Below the pieces are notes generated by a model. That model was not told the DNA's origin and ran no database searches. It was given only the letters and a program-made list of their open reading frames with translations. A program made the translations under genes and the position numbers. This document shows, one piece after another, positions 38,330 through 46,411 of a stretch of 64,000 nucleotides of DNA; position 1 is the stretch's first letter, and each line of letters starts with the position of its first letter. The stretch is from Polyangiales bacterium (lineage in GTDB: Bacteria; Myxococcota_A; Polyangia; Polyangiales; Ga0077539), in the NCBI GenBank assembly GCA_044229975.1, contig JBGARZ010000002.1, forward strand, positions 992,001 through 1,056,000, read 5' to 3'.

Positions 38330-39748
38330 ATGGACGAGAAGCGAGATGAGCAACGGCTGCCACGCAGCGTAGGGCGGCGATACACAGCCGAGGAGCGCGC
38401 GGTGGTGCTCGCCGATGTGCCGGCGTTGGGCTGCAAGCCCGCGGCGGCGAAGCATGGCGTTCCGGCCCCCAACGTCTTCCGCTGGGCGAAGGCTGCCGGG
38501 GTCACGAAGGCGTCGAGCAGCGACGAGACGCCCACGGCGCCCGCGGCGCCCGCCGCGCCGCCGCCGCCAGTGGTGATCGCGAAGGCGAAGGCGGCACCCG
38601 CGCGGCGCAAGTCCACCGCGTCGGCGAAGGCGGCGCCGCCGTCGTCGGCGGGCAACAAGTCGCCTGACACCACGGGCCTCCCCGCCAAAGCCGTCGCAAC
38701 GCCCGCGGCGAAGCCGAAGACCGTCGCGCGTTCGTACACGCCGTCGGAGCGCGCGGAGATCCTCGAGTACGCCGCCGAGAAGAGCGTCACCGAGTCGGCG
38801 ACGAAGTTCAAAGTGAGCCGGTTCTCGATCTACGAGTGGCAGCGCAAGGTCAGCGCCGCGGCGAAGGGCGAGGGCCCGTCGCCGACGAGCGGTGCGGGCG
38901 TCAAGGAGATCGAGGCGCGGCGCGACAAGGAGATCCTCGACGAGTGGAGCCGGCACCCCGGCCTCGGGCCGAGCCAGATCCGCAACCAGCTCCGTCGCAA
39001 GAGCGTGAAGGTCTCCGTCCACACGGCGCGGCGGGTGATGGAGGAGGCGGGCTATCGGCCGCCGAAGGTCGCGCGGCATCCGCACATCCAACGCTTCGAG
39101 GCCGTGCGCCCGAACCACCTCTGGCACCTCGATTTCGTGCATCGCAACATCCACCGCGCGAACACGTTCACGTTGATCCTGATCGACGACCACTCGCGCT
39201 TCGTCGTGGGCCACGGGGTGGACGACGCGGAGCGCGCGGACATGGTGATCGGGACCTTCGAGCGCGCCGTCGCGCGGTACGGCAAGCCCGAGATGGTGAT
39301 GCACGACCGCGGCGCGGCGTTCTGGGCGTGGAACGGCATCTCGCGCTTCACGGCGCTGCTCACGGAGCTCGGCATCGACCAGCTCGTCGCCGTGGACAAG
39401 GAGCACAACGGCAAGGTCGAGGTCTTCAACGCCAACCTCGCGAAGGAGCTGTTCGACGTGCAGCGCTTCGCCGATGTGGGCGAGATGCGGCGGCGGCTCG
39501 ACACGCACATGCACTGGTACAATCACGGCCGCACGCACCACGCGCTGGGCGGCCTGCTGGTGCCCGCGGACCGCTACTACGGCCGCGTGGACGAGGTGCT
39601 CGCGCGCATCGAAGCCGGCGCGGGGCGCGACGTCGGCGACGGCATCGACCTGCGCGCCCGATCGCTGGATCTCTTCAAGGTCACCAGCCGCGACGGCGTG
39701 CCCGAGGTGTGGCTCATGGGCCGAAAGCTGATCGAGCTGCGCCCCTGA
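38330..39748 (+). CDS. DDE transposase/integrase (rve, IS481/IS3-like) with duplicated N-terminal HTH
   Basis: GGAGGAG RBS; 'RPNHLWHLDF', 'IDDHSRF', 'MHDRG', 'NGKVE', 'WYNHGRTHHAL..PADRY'. Confidence 0.92.
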   Translation: MDEKRDEQRLPRSVGRRYTAEERAVVLADVPALGCKPAAAKHGVPAPNVFRWAKAAGVTKASSSDETPTAPAAPAAPPPPVVIAKAKAAPARRKSTASAKAAPPSSAGNKSPDTTGLPAKAVATPAAKPKTVARSYTPSERAEILEYAAEKSVTESATKFKVSRFSIYEWQRKVSAAAKGEGPSPTSGAGVKEIEARRDKEILDEWSRHPGLGPSQIRNQLRRKSVKVSVHTARRVMEEAGYRPPKVARHPHIQRFEAVRPNHLWHLDFVHRNIHRANTFTLILIDDHSRFVVGHGVDDAERADMVIGTFERAVARYGKPEMVMHDRGAAFWAWNGISRFTALLTELGIDQLVAVDKEHNGKVEVFNANLAKELFDVQRFADVGEMRRRLDTHMHWYNHGRTHHALGGLLVPADRYYGRVDEVLARIEAGAGRDVGDGIDLRARSLDLFKVTSRDGVPEVWLMGRKLIELRP

Positions 39749-39826
39749 AAGGAAAGCGGTCTCCCGCCCTGGTCGTGTATTGCGAAGTTTCCAGACACCG
39801 CAACGCACCACCCAGACAAGGAGACC

Positions 39827-41722
39827 GTGCGCTCCGACCTACCAGAGTCCGGCGAGTCCGTCTCGCCGCTCCTGATCTCCGCCCTGCTTCTTGCGTCCGC
39901 CGAGCACGCTCGGCGGGTCTCGCTCGCGCACCCGTCCGTCGGTGAGATCCTCGCGGCCACCGGCGCCACGCGCTCGCGGGCGTATGAGTTGCGCGACGCG
40001 CTCGTGGCCTCGCTGCCGTCGTTGCAACGCCCTGCGGGGCGCCCAGCGGTCGCGGAGACGGCACCATGCGGCGGCCCGTGCGAGGAGCTGCTCTCCATCT
40101 CGCGGGCGATGCTGCGCTTCACCTTCGAGCATCCTGGGTGCGTCGGGGGTGACCGGCGGCGGCACTACACCGATGCCTTCCGGCACCGCGTGCTGGAGCT
40201 GCACGCCGCGCATGAGGATCTTCCTCTCGCACGCTTCGCGGAGGCCGTGGAGGTGCCGCTGGAGACCGTCGAAGACTGGCTGCGTGCCGGAGCGATCACC
40301 GCGCCACCCGACGAGCCGGTGCGCGACGTGGAGAACGACACGAGCGCCACGCGGCTCACGCATCTCGAGACCGTGCTCGCGGAGTGGAAGACCTGGCGCG
40401 GCGGCTTCTCGGACTTCTGCGCGTACTTGAAAGCCGACTGCCGCGTCCCGTACGGCCCCACGCTGGTGAGCTCCATCCTCGCCGCGCGCGGGATTCGCAC
40501 GCCGGCTCGGCGCGAGGGACGATCGCCCGACGAGCGTGCGCTGCGCGGTGCCTTCGAGGTCTTCTTCCCGGACGCGCAGTGGGTCGGCGACGGCTCGCAG
40601 GTTGCGCTCGAACTCTCCGGCGCGCGCCACGTCTTCAACCTCGAGTTGCTGGTCGATCCGTACAGCGGCGCCTTCGTCGGCGCGTCGCTCGGCGACCAGG
40701 AGGACAGCGAAGCCGTCGCCCTCGCGATGGCGGACGCGAGGGCGACGACGAGCGCCGCGCCGCCGCTGCCGCTCGCGGTGCTCCTGGACAACAAGCCGAG
40801 CAACCACGCGCCTGAGGTGGATCGTGCGCTCGATGGTGCCGAGCGCATTCGCGCGACCCCCGAGAGGCCGCAGAACAAGGCGCACATCGAAGGTGGATTC
40901 GGGCTCTTCCAGCAGACCGCGCCGCCGCTGCTCGTCGAGGGAGAGGACGCGCGCTCGCTCGCACGATCGATCCTCCGGCTGGTCCTCACGACCTTTTTCC
41001 GCACGATCAATCATCGTCCGCGCAAGGATCGCGACGGTCGCTCGCGCGTCACGATCCACGGGGAGACGCCGACGCCGGAGCAGATCGCCGAGGCGCGCAA
41101 GGCGCTCGCGGAGCGGTGCCGCCGCCAGGAGCTCGCGCGACAGACGCTCGAGGCGCGGCAGGATCCCGAGGTGCGCGCGTACCTCGATCGGTCCTTCGAG
41201 CGGCTCGCGCTGCTCGACCCGGAGCGCAGCCTCCGCATCGCCCTCGCGCGCTATCCGCTCGACGCGATCGTCGATGGCGTCGCGATCTTCGAGGGCAAGC
41301 GCGCCACCGGAACGATCGCTGCCGACACCGACGCGCGCTACCTGCTCGGCATCGTCAGGAACCTCGCCGCCCAGAACGAGGGACAACGAATCTGCGAGGC
41401 GCTGCTCCGCGAGCGGATGGCCCAGCGCGACCGCATGCTCGCGTCGCTGCAGACCGAGCGTGTGCGCATCGAGCAGATCCTCCCGGTCGTCGGGGACCGC
41501 CTGAAGGCCTTCGCCGACCGCGCCTGCGAGATCGACGCGGTGCTCGACCGGCGCTTCTGGCTGCTCGTCCTCATCGACACCGTGCGCGCCCAGCCGCGGG
41601 CGCAACACGCCAGCCTGACCGAGAACCTCTCGCGGAGGATTCACGCCACGTTTCGCATCACGCCCCGCGAGCGGGCGGACGCCGTGCGATTCATCGTCGA
41701 TCGGGTCGTGGCGCTGCACTGA
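39827..41722 (+). CDS. Second, divergent DDE integrase-fold transposase
   Basis: AAGGAG RBS before GTG; 'PDAQWVGDG', 'LVDPYSG', 'LLDNKPSN', 'PQNKAHIEGGF', 'INHRPR'; internal HTH-like 'HYTDAFR..FAEAVEVPLETVEDW'. Confidence 0.8.
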   Translation: MRSDLPESGESVSPLLISALLLASAEHARRVSLAHPSVGEILAATGATRSRAYELRDALVASLPSLQRPAGRPAVAETAPCGGPCEELLSISRAMLRFTFEHPGCVGGDRRRHYTDAFRHRVLELHAAHEDLPLARFAEAVEVPLETVEDWLRAGAITAPPDEPVRDVENDTSATRLTHLETVLAEWKTWRGGFSDFCAYLKADCRVPYGPTLVSSILAARGIRTPARREGRSPDERALRGAFEVFFPDAQWVGDGSQVALELSGARHVFNLELLVDPYSGAFVGASLGDQEDSEAVALAMADARATTSAAPPLPLAVLLDNKPSNHAPEVDRALDGAERIRATPERPQNKAHIEGGFGLFQQTAPPLLVEGEDARSLARSILRLVLTTFFRTINHRPRKDRDGRSRVTIHGETPTPEQIAEARKALAERCRRQELARQTLEARQDPEVRAYLDRSFERLALLDPERSLRIALARYPLDAIVDGVAIFEGKRATGTIAADTDARYLLGIVRNLAAQNEGQRICEALLRERMAQRDRMLASLQTERVRIEQILPVVGDRLKAFADRACEIDAVLDRRFWLLVLIDTVRAQPRAQHASLTENLSRRIHATFRITPRERADAVRFIVDRVVALH

Positions 41723-41892
41723 CGGCGAGGCGCCCGCACACCGTGGGCGACCCCGACGGCGACGGGCTCGACGGCGATCGCTGCGACGCCAAAACCAACG
41801 AGCGCCCGAGCGTCAGCCGGTCACGCCAAGGCGCTCGCCAGGCCGCGCCAACGGACGTCCGCCATTTCTTGTTGGTAGGTGTTTGACAAGCG

Positions 41893-41973
41893 CAGGTAGG
41901 CTCCGATCATCTGCCCCTGCGATTCAGCCTGAGCTTTCCAACAACCGGCCATCAGGAGATACTTCGACCATGA
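41893..41973 (+). pseudogene. EEP gene, 3' remnant carrying the catalytic SDH motif
   Basis: Translates QVGSDHLPLRFSLSFPTTGHQEILRP*. The stop overlaps the next ATG (ATGA at 41970-41973). Confidence 0.85.
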
Positions 41974-42359
41974 GCGCCCGAAACCTGTGGGGTGACATTC
42001 CTTCGGCCACGTCGTTGCGCACGCCGACCACGGTATTGCGCGAGCAGGCCGACCTTCTGACCACCCTGACCAAGGGCGTTCTGAAGGGCGTCGTCGAAAC
42101 GTTGCCGTTCCGCGGTTCACTTACCAGCACCCTCCTGATCGAGGCTCCAGCCCTCGACAACTACCATCATCAGGTGCTGCGAGCGGAGTATGGAACGTCT
42201 CTGTACCCCGTCGCGGTAGACAGGGGAGACTCGGACGCGGTGCACTACTGCGACGACGAAGACGCCTTCATCGCGTACCTCGGCGAAGTCCTCTCGTCGC
42301 CAGACGTCCACAAGACGATCCAAGTGCTTCTCGCGCAGAGCACCGCCACTGCCGCCTGA
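41970..42359 (+). CDS. Small hypothetical protein translationally coupled to the EEP nuclease
   Basis: AGGAGA RBS; 129 aa 'MSARNLWGDIP..TPTTVLREQADLL..APALDNY..YPV'; less GC-biased than the backbone genes. Confidence 0.8.
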   Translation: MSARNLWGDIPSATSLRTPTTVLREQADLLTTLTKGVLKGVVETLPFRGSLTSTLLIEAPALDNYHHQVLRAEYGTSLYPVAVDRGDSDAVHYCDDEDAFIAYLGEVLSSPDVHKTIQVLLAQSTATAA

Positions 42360-42362
42360 CCG

Positions 42363-43865
42363 TCACCCCTCCAGCATCGCGTCCGCGAAGGTCCGCGCCA
42401 GCGCCATGATCGTGTGCTGCGGGTTCACCCCCAGCGTCGACGGAATCACGCTCGCATCCGCCACGACCAGGCCCTCGTACCCGTGCACTCTCCCCCTGGC
42501 GTCACACACGCCCTTGGCCGGGTCCTTGTCCATCACGGTCCCGCCGAAGAGGTGCGACGAGATCACCACGTACGCCCGCGGGTCGAGCGGCCCCTCTTCG
42601 ATCAACCCCACCTGGTCGGGTCCGATCTCGTACGGCAGCCCGTAGATCCCCGACACCACCTTCTTCGCGCCCGCCGCGAAGTGCGTCTTCGCCATCAGCG
42701 CGAGGCCCTTGCGCAGCCGGTCCATGTCGTTGCGGTTGAAGCTGTACTCCACGCTCACTTCGCCCAGCAGCCCGCGCTTGATGCGCCCCACCGACTCGGC
42801 CCGCACCGCGACGACCCACATCGCCATCTTGCGGTACTCGGTCATCCGCTCGATGAGTTCGCGCCCCGCCCCCGCCAGCCGCGACGCCACCATCTCCGGC
42901 GGAATCGCCAGCGTCTCCAGCTTCATCCCCGGCTCGACCCGGTACTGCACCGAGGCCCAGCCCTGCGTGGCCCCGATGTTCATGTCCACCGGGTCGTCGT
43001 ACACGCCGAACACCCCCGTCCCCGGGTGCGCGCGAAAGCCCTCGCCCAGCAGCCTGTGCTTCACGCCGCTCGCCATCAGCAGCGGCGACGTGCGCGTGAC
43101 GCTCGCCGCCACCACCACGCCCTTGCGCGCCCGCACCGTGTACCTGCCGCCCTTGCGCCGCGTCACCGGCTCGCGAAACCGCCCGCTCACCCCGACCGCA
43201 CGCTTGCCCTCCAGCAACACCCGCTCGGCCGGCGCGCACGACAGCACCGTCCCGCCGAGCTTCATCACCTCGGGCACCAACTGGAGGTTCAAGCTCTGCT
43301 TCTTGAGCTTCTTGCAGCCCTGGAGGCACTGCCCCGCGCCCTCGCAGCCCTTCGCGTAGCGGGTCATCGGGTGGCTGTCGTAGCCAACCTTGGCCGCACC
43401 GATCACCGCGAGGTCGTTCGATCGACCCATCGACGCAGGCGGAACCACCTCCGCCGAGAGCTCGCGCTCCAGCGCGTCTTGATGACGCCAGATGGACTCG
43501 CGAAACCCTTTGTCCCCGATGCCGAGGTCGCGCTCCCAGGCGAGCAACACATCTTCGGGCGTACGCACGCAGATGGCCGAGTTGATGACGGTGGTGCCAC
43601 CCACGCACGACGCCTGGACAATGGGCCACAGCGCCCGACCGCGCGTGATGCCGACGCCCCAGTCGTCGAAGAGGTCGCGCATCGCGCCGTAGGTCGACGA
43701 GGGGTAGTCGTCCGGGTCGCGCCACGGCCCGGCCTCGATGAGCGCCACCGTCGCGCCGCCGCGGGCGAGGGCGTTGGCCGCCGTCGCGCCGCCCGCGCCG
43801 GAGCCGACCACCACGTAGTCGACGTCGAGGGAGTAGTCCTCCTCGCGAAACGAGACGTGCGTCAC
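42363..43865 (-). CDS. GMC-family oxidoreductase (long-chain alcohol oxidase-like)
   Basis: 'VVVGSGAGG', 'VGGTTVINS', 'C.GAGQCLQGC', 'SSHLFGG', 'VADASVIPSTLGVNPQHTIMA'. Confidence 0.9.
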   Translation of the reverse strand: MTHVSFREEDYSLDVDYVVVGSGAGGATAANALARGGATVALIEAGPWRDPDDYPSSTYGAMRDLFDDWGVGITRGRALWPIVQASCVGGTTVINSAICVRTPEDVLLAWERDLGIGDKGFRESIWRHQDALERELSAEVVPPASMGRSNDLAVIGAAKVGYDSHPMTRYAKGCEGAGQCLQGCKKLKKQSLNLQLVPEVMKLGGTVLSCAPAERVLLEGKRAVGVSGRFREPVTRRKGGRYTVRARKGVVVAASVTRTSPLLMASGVKHRLLGEGFRAHPGTGVFGVYDDPVDMNIGATQGWASVQYRVEPGMKLETLAIPPEMVASRLAGAGRELIERMTEYRKMAMWVVAVRAESVGRIKRGLLGEVSVEYSFNRNDMDRLRKGLALMAKTHFAAGAKKVVSGIYGLPYEIGPDQVGLIEEGPLDPRAYVVISSHLFGGTVMDKDPAKGVCDARGRVHGYEGLVVADASVIPSTLGVNPQHTIMALARTFADAMLEG

Positions 43866-44299
43866 GAGAGCCTCCGCGTTCCGGGATCGGCGGGATACGG
43901 CGTCAGGGCGAGGCGCTCACGGACACGCGCGTCGGCGCCCCACAAGAGCCCCGCGACCATCTTCAACAGAAACACCGGCTGCCGCACATAGTAGATCGGC
44001 GACCCGAGCAGGCGCTGGGCGTGGCGCTCGCGCGTCGCGGCCGACAGCCAGAACGCCGGCAGCGGCAGGTACACCGTGAAGAGCGGGGTGAGGTGGAAGA
44101 AGAGCGTTCCGAGCACGAAGCCCAGCCACATGATGGGCGCGGTCTCGCGCTGGTAGCGCGCGAGGTACGCGTCGAGGTCCATGTCCTCGATGCCCGGGAA
44201 GTGCTCCGAGCGCGGGTAGAAGGTCACCATCGCCGATCGGGCCAGCCAGGCAATCACGGCCGCGGAGCCTACCGGAAGGTCAGCGATCGTTGACGGCAA
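43862..44299 (-). CDS. Hypothetical protein, probable partner of the GMC oxidoreductase
   Basis: Its stop overlaps the GMC start (GTGA); start codon uncertain. Confidence 0.6.
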   Translation of the reverse strand: MPSTIADLPVGSAAVIAWLARSAMVTFYPRSEHFPGIEDMDLDAYLARYQRETAPIMWLGFVLGTLFFHLTPLFTVYLPLPAFWLSAATRERHAQRLLGSPIYYVRQPVFLLKMVAGLLWGADARVRERLALTPYPADPGTRRLS

Positions 44300-44315
44300 T
44301 ACTGTGTAACTGCGG

Positions 44316-46346
44316 TCAGCGCACAGGGACGAGGTTGGTGCCGCCCGCGTAGGCGTACGAGACGTAGCGGTCGAAGCCCGAGACCAGCACCATCACGCCC
44401 TGCGGCGGCTGCCCCTCTGGCGTGACCGCGCGCACCACGTGGACGCCGTCACCCTGCCGCCCGGCGGTGATGTCCGGCGGCATGGTGCTGTTGTCGATGC
44501 GCGGAAACGAGAGCTGGCACTGGTAGGTCACGTAGACCGGCGGTGGGCACTCGTTGGTGCGCGTAGGGACGCAGCCGTCGGAGCGCGTGCGGACGCAGTC
44601 GGAGAAGTCGCTCACGTCGGTGTCGTCGAGGTACACGGTGACCTCCGGGCGCGTGACGATCTGGACGAAGTCGAAGGCGTACTTGTTGGGCGTGAGAAAC
44701 ACGTAGTCCGTGCGCCACTGCTCCACCGGCGGGACGATGATGAGCGCGGGGTCGCCGCCCGGCAGCGCGGTGGGAATCCCGGTGGTGGACTGCGACCCCT
44801 GGAGCTGGCCCACGGAGATGGGCGCGTCGCCGTGGATCTGGAAGTCCGCGAGCGCGCGGATGTCCCGGTAGCCGCCCTCTTCGAGGTCGAACTCGACCTT
44901 GGGGCCCGCGGGCATGGAGATGTCTTCGGGCAGCGTCGTGGTGACGTGCACGATGCGCGACGACACGTTGAGCACGCGGAACCACTCGGGCTCGTTGACC
45001 TCCGCCACCGAGGCGCCCGCGAGGTTGACCGCGCGGGTGCGGGTGGGCGTTCGCGAGGCGACGTAGTTCTGGCCCGCGGTGCCGGCGGGGAAGAGCTGCT
45101 CCTCGATGTGGTCGCACGCGGGCTGGCGCTCGGAGATGGTTCGCCAGAAGGGGACATCGGTGCACTCGGTTCCGGCGAAGACGGCCACCGGGCGGTCGGG
45201 CTGGATGAGGCTGCCGGTGAAGTCCGCGAGGAAGGCGCCGGTCTCCAGGTTGAGCACGTCGAAGGGACCGAGAATCACCTCGAAGGGCGTGCCCGCCGGG
45301 TGGCGCTCGCGGAACGGCCCGCCCGGGATGATGTCGGCCGTCGGCGTGACCCGCACCCGCGTGTTGGCGACGGTGCCCACGATGGTCATGTACGCGCGAA
45401 TCTCGTCGCGCCCGTTGGTGTCCGGGTTGGTGGTCATCGACCACTGCTGCGGATAACCCAGGAAGCGATAGTTGCCGCCCAGAGAATTGGTGGGCACCAG
45501 CAGCGAAGCGTCGTTGGAGAACACCCCGACGTTGGACAGCGGGTTGAACTGGTACGCGATGACCGGGTACGTCGACGTCACCTGGTAGGCGCGCGACGAG
45601 AGGCACGTCCCCGTCCCGTCGTTGAGCCCCGCCACCGTCGAACAATCCACCTCTCGCGCGGGCAGCTCGAACACTTCGAGGTCGCGCGGCGGAATCACCC
45701 TCCGCTCGACGACCTCGCGCACCGGCGGCATGCCCTGGGGCGCGGTGTTGCGGGCGATCTCGACGCGCACGGTGAGCACCGGGTCGGGGTTGGACACCAC
45801 GATGCTGTACTGCTGCGACGCCGCCGAGCGGCCGCCGGTCTCCACGATGTTGTCGAGGTCGACGCCGAAGTACTCGCAGCCGATGTTGCTGTTGGCCACC
45901 GAGTCGTCGTTGCAAAGCTGCACGCACGTCCCGCGGCGGCACGCCTCGCCGATGGTGGTGTCGCAGTCGCGCACGGGCTCCCACCCGGTGCCGGCGGCGA
46001 TGCAGCGCTCGACGCTCAAGGAGTTCTCGGTGCAGCGCAGCTCGCCCGGGCGACAGGACACGCACCACAGCCGGTCGTCGCAGATGCGGCCCTGCGGGAG
46101 GCAGGGCTCCTCCACCACGCGCGTGAGCTCGCCCGCGAGCTCGCAGGTCTGGTGGATGTTCTGGTAGCAGCGCTGCTGGCCGGGCTGGCACTCGATCCAG
46201 TCGCGCTCGCTGCCCATGGGTCTCGGCCGGGTGTCGGTGGTGACGCCGCCGTCCTCGGTGCGACGCGTGGTGTCCGCGCACGCCGCGAGCGCCATCGCCA
46301 GCATCACTCCCCGGAGACCCGCTCTGCCCTCTCGCATCGTCGACAT
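44316..46346 (-). CDS. IgGFc-binding-domain lipoprotein
   Basis: Lipobox 'ALAAC', Cys-rich N-terminus, 'AYQFNPL..FSNDASLLVP', 'CDHIEEQLFP', 'GDPALIIVPPVEQW', 'SYAYAGG'. Confidence 0.85.
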   Translation of the reverse strand: MSTMREGRAGLRGVMLAMALAACADTTRRTEDGGVTTDTRPRPMGSERDWIECQPGQQRCYQNIHQTCELAGELTRVVEEPCLPQGRICDDRLWCVSCRPGELRCTENSLSVERCIAAGTGWEPVRDCDTTIGEACRRGTCVQLCNDDSVANSNIGCEYFGVDLDNIVETGGRSAASQQYSIVVSNPDPVLTVRVEIARNTAPQGMPPVREVVERRVIPPRDLEVFELPAREVDCSTVAGLNDGTGTCLSSRAYQVTSTYPVIAYQFNPLSNVGVFSNDASLLVPTNSLGGNYRFLGYPQQWSMTTNPDTNGRDEIRAYMTIVGTVANTRVRVTPTADIIPGGPFRERHPAGTPFEVILGPFDVLNLETGAFLADFTGSLIQPDRPVAVFAGTECTDVPFWRTISERQPACDHIEEQLFPAGTAGQNYVASRTPTRTRAVNLAGASVAEVNEPEWFRVLNVSSRIVHVTTTLPEDISMPAGPKVEFDLEEGGYRDIRALADFQIHGDAPISVGQLQGSQSTTGIPTALPGGDPALIIVPPVEQWRTDYVFLTPNKYAFDFVQIVTRPEVTVYLDDTDVSDFSDCVRTRSDGCVPTRTNECPPPVYVTYQCQLSFPRIDNSTMPPDITAGRQGDGVHVVRAVTPEGQPPQGVMVLVSGFDRYVSYAYAGGTNLVPVR

Positions 46347-46411
46347 CCTTCCCGCGCGGCCCTCGTCACCGACGGGCCCGCGGCCAGTATCAGCGCGCAT
46401 GTGCGGCCCGA

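Larger units (their letters stand above)
38240..41889 (+). mobile_element. 3650-bp IS/transposon with two DDE transposase genes and a 3-bp target duplication (GCG)
   Basis: GCG at 38237-38239 and 41890-41892. Removing the element plus one GCG restores an intact 280-aa EEP frame (..GVPDAQVGSDHLPL..). Ends are TTG...CAA. Confidence 0.85.

Noticed and set aside
38239..41881. GTTGGTAGGTG as an 11-bp target-site duplication
   Set aside because: That empty site would read D-A-L-V-G-V-stop before SDH. The 3-bp GCG model restores an open EEP frame. It is not fully excluded without other copies.
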